Of a stretch of 64,000 nucleotides of DNA, positions 29,601-42,000 are shown piece after piece. Below the pieces are notes generated by a model. It was not told the DNA's origin and ran no database searches. It saw only the letters and a list, made by a program, of their open reading frames with translations. The stretch lies in the IMG/VR virus record IMGVR_UViG_3300037189_011323, positions 1-64,000 of that record. One strand, written 5' to 3'. Origin of the DNA: an uncultured virus (IMG/VR IMGVR_UViG_3300037189_011323) (lineage: Duplodnaviria; Heunggongvirae; Uroviricota; Caudoviricetes). Each line of letters opens with the position of its first letter. Within the stretch, counting starts at the first letter, position 1. A program made the position numbers and the translations under genes.

Positions 29601-30009
29601 ATTAAATCCTGGTGTTTATAAACTGCTATTCGGAAGTAAGGCTGATGTTCAACTGCGTGCTAATTTTCAAGTTGTTAAAAATAGCAACACTACATTAAGT
29701 GATACAGAAATTAAAACTCGTGTCATAGATGAGATCAACCAATATTTCAGTTTAGATAATTGGGATTTTGGTGACACTTTCTATTTCAGTGAATTAGCTG
29801 GTTATCTTCACAGTAAGTTAAGTAATTACATCAGTAGCATTGTATTAGTTCCTAATGATGCAACAAGTTATTTTGGTAGTCTTTTTGAAATTCGTTGTCA
29901 ACCAAATGAAATTTTCTTAAGTGCTGCAACTGTTGATAATGTAGAAATAGTTCAAAGTGTATTGAGTGGCATTAACAGTGCTGGCATTAATCTGTATCAG
30001 GGATATTAA
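26617..30009 (+). CDS. gp6: Baseplate wedge subunit, gp6-like
   Basis: ENFLETAERRDSVLKLAKQLNY, VFGDG and RMVNGEDY motifs. Confidence 0.88.
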   Translation: MATNTRQTNIFAAEDWKKVYTTFSNADFQSYDFETLRKVLVDYIKTYYAEDFNDFIESSEYVALLDLIAFMGQSVAFRTDLNARENFLETAERRDSVLKLAKQLNYVPNRNRAANGLLKIKSVNTTENIFDVNGSNLSRVTVNWNDANNAAWVSQFTQILNAAITKSTKIGKPYASKTINNIRTEQYNIAVPNTILPIFAFNSTINDVSTNFEIVSANILNTDTISEYEPGSRGQFGMIYQNDSRGNASSNTGYFLYFKQGSLNSTDFLITEKIANRVIDVDVANINNSDIWMYEITNGAIGNNWTQVPATSSSSAIYNSTARGIRTLYSVNTRINDQISLVFGDGSFADIPIGNYRVYYRVSNGLTYRITPNDLNNVTVAVPYISSTGKPETLTITASLQYTVSNSSRRDLTNEIKIKAPQSYYSQGRMVNGEDYNTFPYTSYSDIVKVKSVNRYASGVSRGLDITDPTGKYTSTDLYARDGALYKNQYNQLLTFIYNSRNDIINVINTQILPIVQDYPMRHFYFENYTPIDFATLQPTTWERSTDDTTSSTGFFLDPADSTDTPVQIGNSTTTYRKYLQVGSLIKFTAPTGYYFDATNTLVLGSPSLRSDRTYVWASIQSITGSGATTVLVAGRNIGAVTISESIPTGAIISSVYTPFTTNFQYTTINTIVNYILNKTEFALIYDYTKTAGVNDPWTIIPITNVNQSSEFNLGTQYTTNDSSWLFLFTTDTIKYTVKYRQLDFVFGSQNQVAFINTNPQIVYDATTNTRVRDNIRLTTVNSGLSKDVNMNVYKNFTTSDGYSDTSRVYVTYPISNTNQLPTDPSIFSEATAGTPILLFYERYNDAQNLVRYRLLSTGTIIATFNTYSDINYVRNNYPVSTVFYALLDQLFYRIDITNTVTYLTNVTSSYLAYYGRQDMVFEYQHNAENTRRLDPAATNLIDSYILTRSYDESYRNYVYDNTNTVARPADLDTVQLNNSYSGLFNYKMISDEMILNPGVYKLLFGSKADVQLRANFQVVKNSNTTLSDTEIKTRVIDEINQYFSLDNWDFGDTFYFSELAGYLHSKLSNYISSIVLVPNDATSYFGSLFEIRCQPNEIFLSAATVDNVEIVQSVLSGINSAGINLYQGY

Positions 30010-30012
30010 TAA

Positions 30013-33000
30013 ATGGCAAAACGTAAAAGTGAAAACTTTTTACCACAATCTTTTAGAACATTAAGCAATCGTAGATTTTTAAATGCCACTATAGATCCAC
30101 TTATACAAGAGCCAAGTCTTAAGAAGATGTATGGTTATATTGGACAACAGGACCAAAGTCCTGTGTTTGAAAAAGGTGACTATTACATTAATGAAAACGA
30201 TAGCTATAGTCAGTTCTATCAATTAGAACCAGGTGTAGTAATCAAAAAACGCCAGTATGGAACTAACACTTATAAAGTAGATAATGTTTACAACTATGTT
30301 GATTTATTAAACCAGATTGCAGCTGACGGTGGTATTAACAACAATCATGATAGATTGTTTAGTAATCGTTATTACAGTTATAATGGTTTTATTGACCTTG
30401 ATAAGTTAACAAACTATCGTCAGTATTATTGGGTGCCAGGCGGTCCACTTACAGTTGACGTAACTGCAGAAAATACACTTACACAAAAAGATTTTTATAT
30501 TCACCGTAACAGTTATGTTGCTAATAATCAAACTGAATTACAAAGTGCTGCACTTGGTGCAACTGGTTATAGTGTGGATGGTTACAACAATGTTATTAAT
30601 CCTACACTTACGCTAGTTCGTGGTGGTAGTTATAATTTTTATGTAAATCAAGACACTGACTTCTGGATTCAAACTGAAATTGGTGTAGATGGTGTAAGTA
30701 GTGTACAGAATAATATTTCAACTCGTGATGTATTGGGTGTTTCTAATAATGGAGCAAAAAGTGGAACTATAACATTTACAGTTCCATTAAGCACTGCACA
30801 AGATTATCTTATTAACTATCCAACAATTAGCCAAGCTGTTGATTTAATTGTTGATGATGTTACTTACGAAGAATTACAAGGACAAAATTACGATACATTT
30901 ATTCTATCAAACGGATTAGATGGTGTTCGTGCATTCGATGGAAAGTATATTGTTTTAACAAGCACAACTGGTTGGGGAGATATAGCATCTACACAATGGG
31001 GTGGTGTTTGGCGTATAAATGTAGGCAGTGATCCAGCTGCAGCCAATTATCGTTTAATGAATTTAACATATATTGCAGATTGGACAGTTTTAAACAAAGT
31101 ATTTGTTACTCAAGGTGATGTATATGGTCACGTTTATGCATACAAAGATTTATTTGGTGTTATTCAAAAATTTCCAACATTAAGTGCAGCACAAAGTGTT
31201 CTTTATTATGTTGATGCTACAAATCCTCTTGTGTACGGAACTATTCAGCTTGTTGATCCACAACCAAATAGTTTACTAAATGTTAATGATATACTTGGTC
31301 GTGAAAACTATACAAGTCCAAATGGTGTACAGTTTACAAGTGGACTTAAAGTAAAGTTCACTGGCATTGTCGTGCCTGCTGAATATCAAGGTAATGAATA
31401 TATTGTTGAAGGTGTAGGTAGCAGTATTAAACTTATTAAATATGCTGACCTTGTTACACCAGAAATAATTAATACTAATCTAGGTAGTAGTTTTGGTAAT
31501 AGTCGTGGTTATGATGCTGATGGCACTGGTTTCGATGGAACTACAAATAGTCCAGAACAAAAAGATTATGTAACAATTAATCGTGCTAGTATTGATGGTA
31601 ATAGTTGGAGTCGTAACAATCGTTGGTTCCATCGTGATGTGCTGCAAGCAGCTGCTGATTATAATAATGTAAGTTATAGCTTTGACAGCAATCAACAAGC
31701 AAAGCGTCCTATTATTGAGTTTTTACCTAATATAAAACTTTACAACTATGGAACAAACTATGCTGGCAGTGTCACTTGTATAGACAGTGTTACAACAAGT
31801 GCTTTTGCACAAGTAGAGGGTTTTAACAGTTATGCTGTAAAGACTGATGGTGTTTATAATAGTGATGGTATACAATTATTGAATGGACTGTCAGTTATCT
31901 TTACACAAGAAACTGATCCTGTAAAGCGTGCAACTCTTTATCGTGTGCAGAATAATAAAACACGTGCAAGTGCAACTTATAATATACTAACAAATGCTTT
32001 TACTAACAGTGGTGTAAATTATCTTAACATAAACAATATTGCAAATCTTGCTGTTGGTCAGCATGTTACTGGTAGTGGTATCCCAAACTTTACTACTATT
32101 ACAAGTATTGATACTGTATTTGATCGTGTTTATATAAGCAATAATTTAACACAAGATGTTCCTGCAGGAACTACAATTACATTTGATAACAGTTATGATC
32201 AAATACATCTTGTACCTATTAAAACATTTACCAATGGCGATACTGTTGTTGCTATGGAAGGTGTTGAGAATCAAGGTAATATGTTTTATTACTTGGATGG
32301 TGAGTGGATTCGTTCACAGATTCGTAACAGTCGTCCACAATTTCCACTATTTGATGTCATCGATAAAAATGGTTATAGTTTTGGTGATCAAACAGTTTAT
32401 GCAAGTAGTGACTTTAGTGGTAGTGAACTATTTGGTTATGCAGTAGGAACTGGAACACGTGACAGTGAATTAGGGTTCCCACTTGTTTATAAGAGCATTG
32501 GTAATCTTGGTGACATTGTATTTGAAAACTATTATCAAACTGATACATTTCATTATAGTTTAAATCAAGTTGACCAAGAAGAAAACATTAATCAGGGTTT
32601 TGCAGCGGTTATTGTTGGTTGGAACAACTATACTCTTGCTAATGGTTGGTATCGTGTAAGTGATAAATCTAAACAATACATTACTAAAGTTTTCACTGCA
32701 AATGCAGTTCAACTCAATAATTTTGATCTTGGTGTTGTTTATGATAACAGCTATTATGAAAATAATATATTCGTTTATGTAAATGGTTCACTACAATCAA
32801 ATTCAACATATGCATTACAGACAAGCAGTTTAACAAGTGTAGTTGTTTTTAATCAAGATTTAAATGTAAATGATCGTGTATTTGTTAAAATTTATGGAAC
32901 AAGCACAGTGTACAAAGAAACATACACTATGCCACGCAATCTCACAAACAACAGTGAGAACACAGAATTTACAACTATTACGCTAGGTCAAGTTCGTAAT

Positions 33001-36000
33001 CACTTGATTGAGATTGGTAATAATTTATTAGATTTGGTTGGCGAACCTGCTGGCGCAAATAATTTCCGTGATTTAAACTTTAACTATGTTGGTGGTAAGT
33101 TGTTACAACACAGTGCAAGTATGCGACCAGCTGCACTACTATTTGCAAACCGTGATGTAGATCCAATACAATTCATTCGTTATGCATCTGATAGCTATGG
33201 TATCTTTAAGAATCAGTTATTGAATTATATCAGTAATACAGAGTTTCCAAATCCAACTAATTATCGTGAAAGTTTGGATATGGTATTAGCAGAGTTTAGT
33301 AAAGTGGCAAATATTGGTCAACCATTTTATTATACTGATATGGTTGGATTTGGTACTGATTTTATTAAAAATAGTTATACAGTTGCTAACACAACATATC
33401 GTCGTTATAATTTGACACAAGATTTTGCAGATGACACTAAAGGTTATCGTGCATTGTATGTCTATCTTAATGGTGTGCTATTACTTAAGAATGTAGATTA
33501 TACTATTGGAACAAGAACTATTACTATTAATGATAGTGTTACTCTTGTACGTAATGATAAGATTGAGGTGTATGAATACAATAGCACACAGGGTTGCAAC
33601 ATACCATCAACACCAACTAAACTTGGTATGTATCCAAAGTTTAAGCCTGAAATAGTAACTGATGACACATATGTAACACCAACTCTTGGTATTATCGGTC
33701 ACGATGGTAGCTTTACAAAAGGTTTTGGTGATTACCGTGATAATATTCTATTAGAATTTGAAAAACGTGTGTATAACAATATTACTACTACATATGCTGA
33801 AAACAGTGATGTTGATTTAAGTAGTGTTGTGCCAGGTGCTTTTCGTGTTACTAATTATACAATTGATGAATGGACACAATTACTTGCACCATCATATTTG
33901 CGTTGGGCACATATTAACAACGTTGATATTTTTACTAATTCAACCGTAACAGGTGATCCATTTACATTTAACTATGCAACTGGAACTGACAAATTGTTTG
34001 CAAAACCAGTGCCTGGTTATTGGCGTGGTATCTACAAGTATTTTTATGATACCAATCACCCACATACAAAGCCATGGGAAATGTTAGGTTTTACTCAACG
34101 TCCAACATGGTGGACAAATCGTTATGGACCTGCACCATATACAAGTGAAAATGGTGTGTTGTGGAGCGACCTTGAGGCTGGTTTTGTTTATAGTGGAAAT
34201 CCTAATGATTCATATTATAATACTCGTTACGCAAGACCTGGTCTTACAAGTATTATTCCTGTTGATGAGCATGGTAATTTATTAAATCCAAACCAGTCTG
34301 TATTACTCAATTACGATGCAAATTATGCTGCACAGAATTGGGTAGTTGGAGATCAAAGTCCAGCAGAAACTGCATGGCGTCGTAGCGTAGATTATCCTTT
34401 TGCTGTTATGATGGCCTGGTGTCTCGCAAAACCAGCGGAATGGACTGCATTAAAATACAATACACGAGACCTTGCTTATAATACACTTTTAGAACAGTTT
34501 ATTAATAAAAAATATAACAATCGTCAGTTTGATTTTACTGCTACTGATGATACTGATTTTATACCAGGTTACAATGTTTGGTTGCGTGATTATCTAACAA
34601 ATAATAACCTCGATATTACTGAAAATTGGATTAACGTAGCAAATAATAGCACATTTAATCTTGTATACAAGATGGGTGCTTATACTGATAAGAGTTATCT
34701 TACTATTGTTGCAGACCAAGTAAGTCCACAAAGCACAAACAGTAGTGTTATAATTCCGCAAGAAAACTATCAAGTTAAAGTAACAAAGAGTGCACCAGTT
34801 GCTCGTGCTGTTTATAGTGCAGTTATTGTACAGAAAGTTGTTAATGGTTATCAAGTAAGTGGATTTGACCGTGAGCGTCCATACTTCTTAACCATTCCAA
34901 GTCGTGTAAGCAATAACAACTATACTATCACTGTTGGCACTGAACGTGCTATTGTTTATATGGATAGCAGCGATAATGTATTCAGTTATCCTTATGGTAG
35001 TATCTTTAATACAAAACAACAAGTGGTTGATTTCCTTGTAAGTTATGGTCGTTATCTACAATCACAGGGCTTTACATTCGAGGATGTTTTAGGTGATAAA
35101 ACTACTAAGAGTGATTGGGTATTAGCTTCAAAAGAATTCTTATTCTGGAATCAACAGCAGTGGGGTGACGATACAATTATTTCCTTGACACCTGCGGGCA
35201 CAGATGTTAAGTTTATAAGTACATTTGGTGTTGTTGATACATTATCAAATACAAACAATTATACCAAGGTTGTTAACAGTGATAATGTTACACTAACTGG
35301 TAGTGATTATCGTGTATATCGTGATGATAACTTATTCCAACTTGAATTAAAAAATGCACAAAAAGGCGTGCATCTTATAGACTTGGCGATTATTCAGTAT
35401 GAGCATACACTTATACTTGATAACAACACTGTGTTTAATGATATTTTGTATGATGAGCAAGTTGGTAGCCGACAATTCCGTCTGCGTCTTGATGGAGCAA
35501 AAACAAATGATTGGAATGGTAGTCTTTATGCACCTGGTTTCTTTGTAAATGTAAGTGAAGTTCCGCAATGGGTTGCTTATACTGACTATTATAAGGGTGA
35601 TATTGTTCTATTCAAAAATCAGTATTATGCCGCACAAGATTTTGTACCAGGCACTGCACAATTCAAGAGTAGCAATTGGTATCCAATCAATGGTGATTTA
35701 TTAAGTAAAAACCTTATTCCAAACATGGCAAGTGGTGCTGCACAGTTTATTAATTTCCATGATCCAGATAGCACTGACCTTAACAGTGCTGCTGATTTAT
35801 TGAGTAAAGCCGAAACAGGATTTAGTCCACGTCAATACTTTGCTGATTTAGGGTTGGATAACACAAGCCAATACAAGTTCTACCTTGGTATGGTAAGCCA
35901 AAAAGGAACACAGGCTGTTCTTAATGCATATCTTCGTAACAAACAAAAGCGTATTGATAGTGATATTAAGTTAGTAGAACAATGGGCAATTAAACTTGAT

Positions 36001-39000
36001 AATTATGGTGGTACAAATCAAAACGATAAGTTAGAATTTAATATTGGTAATGCTATAACAATTAATAACCAATATCTATTTGAACTTATTAATCAGACTG
36101 ATCAACGTATCGCTGATACTAATACAGTTAAGCCAAGTGATTTACTTTATAAGCCACGCATTTATACAACAGATATATTTGCAAAAACACAAAACAATAA
36201 AGAAGTTATACCAACTGTTGGACCAGTAAATCCAAATGATGTTGATGCAACTGTATATGATATTAACAAAATTTATAACATAAGTCCACTTAACACTATA
36301 TTAAGTGAAGGCAGTAAAGTATGGATTGCAGCGGATAGTGCTAACCAGTGGGGTGTATATCGTTTAAGTCAAACTGGTCAAGTATTTGTAACTTATATCA
36401 ATCAGATTAGTCCAACTGAATTACAGTTCACGACAAATCTGCCACATAATTTAAGTCAGTATGATTACATTATGTTGAAGAATGGTCGTCTTGCAGCACC
36501 ACAAACTGGTGGTGCAATTACCGATATGAGTGGTTTCTATCGTGTTAAGACTGTTACCAACACAACATTTAATGTGAAGATTGCTGATAATACAACTATC
36601 GGCACGGGTGCACTTAATGCAATTCTTTTTAAACTTATAAATGTTCGTTATACAACTGCTAATGACTTTACAGGCTTTGTTCCTGTTCGTGGTTGGAATA
36701 GCGGTGAAATTGTTTATATTGATGCTGGACCAGATGGTTATAATGTTTTACAGAACAGCAATAGTTGGGTTTATAGTCAAACGAAGAGTCCTGTGTTTAC
36801 AACACCAAGCGACAATTATGGTAGTAGTGTGCGAATTAATTCAACACAAGGTTTTGCTATTGTTGGTGCAAGTGTAAAAAATACAACTGGTAGTGCTTTT
36901 GTTTATGGAAAGCGTGAGGATAATTCATTCCAAGAAATTGGTATTCTAACACCTGATACTGGCGTAACTACGTTTGGTGCTAATGTAGATATTAATGATA
37001 GTAATTTTGCTTTTGTAAGTGCACCTGGTGCATATAAAGGTGTTGTATATACAGCTAATGTAAACAGTCAACAAGTCCAATTAACACAAGCAATTCACTA
37101 TGATAACCTTTATGCTATCAGTGCTGGATTTAGTCAAACAAATAACAATATTTTGTTAACTACAGTTTATAGTTTTGATAGTAATGGTAATATTGCACAA
37201 CAAGCAAGTTATAGTTTAGATAATTTTGCTGTTGGTATGGGAGTAGGTGGTGCTGGTGTAAATGCTGGTACAGTTATTACAAGTATAACAACTAAAGCTC
37301 TTACAAATACTATACAACTTGCTACATCAAATGGTAATAGTAGCATTTTCAGTATTACAACTGGTGACACCGCTACAATATTGCAAGCTAACAATAGTAT
37401 TTTAAAAACACTATATGCAAATATTACAAGTAGCAATTCTAATGTTTATATTGGTAATACTGGACAAAGCATTACTGGGTTATATGCTAATGGTTCACAA
37501 CCAGTATTGGGTAATGGTATTCCTGCTGGTTCATTCATTACAGCAATAAGCAATATTACTGGTTATAAAGTTATTACCTTAAACAATAATGTTTCAATAA
37601 CAAACAAAAGTCTGTTAACATTTGTTCGTAGCAACGCTAACATCGTTCAATCTTCAATATCTAGTATAAGCACAACCGCAAACAATTATTTAATTGTAAG
37701 CGGAGCAACAAGTCTTTATGGTGCAGCTAATGGTTTACCAATTATTGGTGGATATCTTCCTAACAGTAGTGTTATTTCTAACCTTGTCGTCGGACCCGCT
37801 TATAACATTCTTGGTGTAAGTGATAATGTAAATCTAAATGCATCTACAAAGATTGCAGTCTATCCCAATGTTCAACCAACAAGTAATTTTGGTTATAGCA
37901 TAAGTGCAAGTGGTGATGGTAAGTGGTTATATGTTGGTGAACCAACAACAAATAGTGTTTATGTTTACAAATACACTTATGTGAATGCAAATAGCAGTCT
38001 GCGTCAAGGTGATGGAACTCAAACCAGTTTCACTTATCCAACTGGTGCAACTGGTAGTGCAAATGATATTAAAGTTTATGTAAATGGTGTTCTTAAGATA
38101 CCAAACTATCATTATATTAAAACACCTGGTCAAGATATTATTACATTTGATATAGCACCAAGTGCAAGTGATATTATTAATCTTGTTTATGAAGATCACT
38201 ATGCAGAAGTTAATCGTATTGTTACTGATGATCCTGATGCAAGTGGATTTGGAACAAGTGTGAGCACCAACTATGATGGTAGCACAATTGTAATTGGTGC
38301 GGCTAATAGTAGTGTAAACAGTGTAACAACTCTTGCAAATAGTGGTAAAACATATGTATTTGACCGCACAGCAGAAATATTTGTTGCTAATGGTGTTGCA
38401 AAAACTTTCCAATTAAGTAATGCACTTAGTAGTCTTACAACAATTACAACACCTGATTTAATTACACATCCAAGTGTAACAATTGATGGTGTTGACACGG
38501 ATGCGACATTTAATTATGCTACAAACCAAGTTACATTTGCAAATGCACCTGAACGTGGTAGCACTGTTCGTGTTCAAACAAATCAATTTGTTAATACTCT
38601 TATAAGTTATACTGATGTGGGTCAAGAAAACAGTAATTATGGTTCCGCAGTAAAAATAGATCGTGATGGCACGACGGCATTTAGTGGTGCGCCTGGTTAT
38701 GCTACAAGCAGCACACAGAATGGTGCAGTATTTCGTTTAATTAATACTCCAAGAATGTATGGTAATGTAGTTGGTAGTAAAACTGGATTCAGCATTGCTG
38801 CAAATAGCACAATACGAATTAACGATTATCTTGTAACATTTGGTCAAACATTTAGACCACCATATGCTCCAATTTATTACAGCAGCAATGTTGACCAAGT
38901 AATAACAACTATTAATAATGCTGGCATACCATATGTTACTGCTGGTAAAACACCAAACGGTGCTATCTATATTACAAGTAGTGATACTACTGCAATGCCT

Positions 39001-42000
39001 ATGTTAAAACTACGTAACGAAGGCAGTGACATTCTTGGAACATTTGGAATTACACAGTGGAAAACTGTGCAAAAACTTACAAATCCTATTGCACAAGATA
39101 CTGCACGTTTTGGTGAAATACTTGCGCTAAGTCCACATGCCAATAGCATGGTTGTGGGTAGCACATTATCAAATACAAAAACAACAGTTACATTTGATAG
39201 CAAGACTACTACATTCGACCGTTTTGGAACACGTTTCCGTGATACTGTGTATCGCAGTGGTGCCGCTCACCTTTATGAATATCAAGCAGTTGCAAATGAA
39301 GACTATCAAAACTATGGTAGCTTTGCTTATGCAAGTCTTGTTCAAGATCAATTTGCAAATAGCTATGACCGTTATGCAAGTGGTGTAGATATCAGCGATA
39401 ACTTCTTGATGGTTGGTGCACCACATGCACATGTACTTGGTAATCCAGTTGGTGCAATGTATATATACTACAATCAAAATGCGGCTCCTGTGTGGCAAAC
39501 TATACGCAGTGGTGGTATTGATTTTGATAGTCGCAATATTGACCGTGTTTACTTGTATAATAGCACAACTGCAAGATTAATTGCTGAATTACCAGTGCTT
39601 GATTTACCTTACGGTTATCTACCAAATAGCAGTGAAAGTTATATTGATTATACTATTAACTATGATCCTGCTGTTTATAATCAAGCACCAACAACTACAA
39701 GTTTCAGTTTTGATCGTAAAAATGCTTGGGGCAAGCAACAAGTTGGTAAATTGTGGTGGGATATTAACAGTATCAAGTATTATGATAATACACAAGGCGA
39801 TAACGTTAACCGCTTTAATTATTGGGGTCTTGCTTTCCCTAATAGCACAATAAATGTTTATGAATGGATTGAAAGTGATGTTCTACCAAAGAATTACAGT
39901 GGTAGCAGTGTAAACAATACACCACTTTATACAGTTAATGATGTTTATTGTTCTCAAGTTACCGTTGATGAAAAAACTGGACAAGCGGTTACAAAATATT
40001 ATTTCTGGGTTAAGAATAGTATTCTTGCTAACACAAAGCGTCCAAGTGCACGTGAAATACAAACTGCACTTATAAGTCCACGTAACAACAGTGAACCATT
40101 TGCAGCAGTGATTAATAAAAATGCAATCGGTATATTTAATGCACAAAATCTTGTAAGCATTGATACCAATCTTGCCATTGAATATAAGAACACTCTTGAA
40201 CCACAACTTATCCATAGTGAATGGACTATGTTTGACGATGGCACTGACTTGGGCGTTGCTGATGAGTTCTTGAATAAGTTGAATGATAGTTTAACTGGTC
40301 AGGATGTCAGTGGTCGTATTGTTCCAGATTTTAACCTTCCTATTGGTCAAAAGTATGGTATGAGTGTTGATTTGCGTCAGAGTTTATTCAAAGACAATTA
40401 CTATGCACGTATGTTGTTTATTGAAAAGATAAATCAGATTTGCATCAAATATCCAATGGTGTTGACTCGTGTTGATGCTATTGCTCAACTTAACAACATT
40501 GATCCGATTCCCGACTCTACTGAATATACACTTACTGTCAATAACTTAACAGAACTAGGCTATATAAACACTGTAGCCTATCCTATCGGCACACGTGTTC
40601 TTGTAATACAAGATAGCAATAGTTATAACAATGGTTGGAGTTTGTTTACTTTAGTGTTAAATTCAACAAGTTATGCAAGACGTTGGGAATATGTTCGTGT
40701 TCAAACTTATAATGTTAATGATTATTGGACATATGCTGATTGGTATAGCACAAAATACAACCCACAAGCACCATATAACTATACAGTTACAACTGACAAT
40801 GATATTGCTAACCTTCAATTAAATGTAAATGATTTAATTTATGTAACAAATAGTAATAGCGGTGGTTGGAAGTTAGTTCTTGTAAACACTAATGATCTTG
40901 AATTAGTTGCACAACAAAACGCAACTATACAATTCACTTCAAATCTGTATAGTCTTGTTGATGCTGCACAAGGATTCCAAACAAATAGTTTCCAAAGTGT
41001 AGGATTTGATACTGACAGTAATCTTGAATTTAGTGCAATATTTGCTGTGATTCGTGATTATCTTCTTACTAATGAATATCGCAGTGAATATAAAGAAACT
41101 ATTGCACTTCTTATTGATATTGTTGCAAGTCAACATCAACAAACTGATTGGATGATGAAAACAAGTCTTGTTGATTTATATCATCGTGTTCGTGGTTTGG
41201 ATCAGCTACCTGTTTATCTGCCACAACCAGAAAATACAGTAACTGATTTCTTCAATGAAGTTAAACCATTCCATACAAAACTAAAACAATATGTTGCAAG
41301 ATATGATAACAGCAATGATATTGATACAGCATATGCAAGTATTACTGACTTTGACTTGCAACCATATAAGAATGCATTAACTGGCAAGTATCGTAGTCCA
41401 CAATTAGGTAACAGTCTTGATACTGATACTTTGAATAATACAGCAGTGTATCAACCATGGGTAAACAATCACAAATATAGTATTGATCTTGTTACAATGG
41501 TTGATGGTGGTGCTGGTTATGATGGTTCAACTACTGCGGCTGTAATTGGCGATGGAAGTGGTGCTATTGTTAAACCTTATATTCTTAATGGTAGTGTTTA
41601 TACAATTGAAGTTATAAATGCAGGTCAAGATTATACCTATGCTACTGTAGAAATTTATGGTATTGGTGTTGGTGCCAAAGCTGAAGCAGTTTTAGGAAGC
41701 AGTCTTGCACGAAATATTAATGCAACAGTTAAATTTGACCGTAACCAATATTTTAATAATATACAAGATTGGGCGGCTAACACAAGTTATACAATTGATA
41801 CTGTTGTTGTATATAATGCAACACCTTATAGATGTATTACTGCACACACAAGTGGTTCTACATTTGATGCAACCAAGTTCTTGGTATTGATTGTTAAAGT
41901 TTGGTATCCAAAAACTGATTATAATGTTGGTGATATAGTTGTTTATAATAATAGTAGCTATGTTGTTGATACAGCATTTACAAGTGATCTTATATTCAGT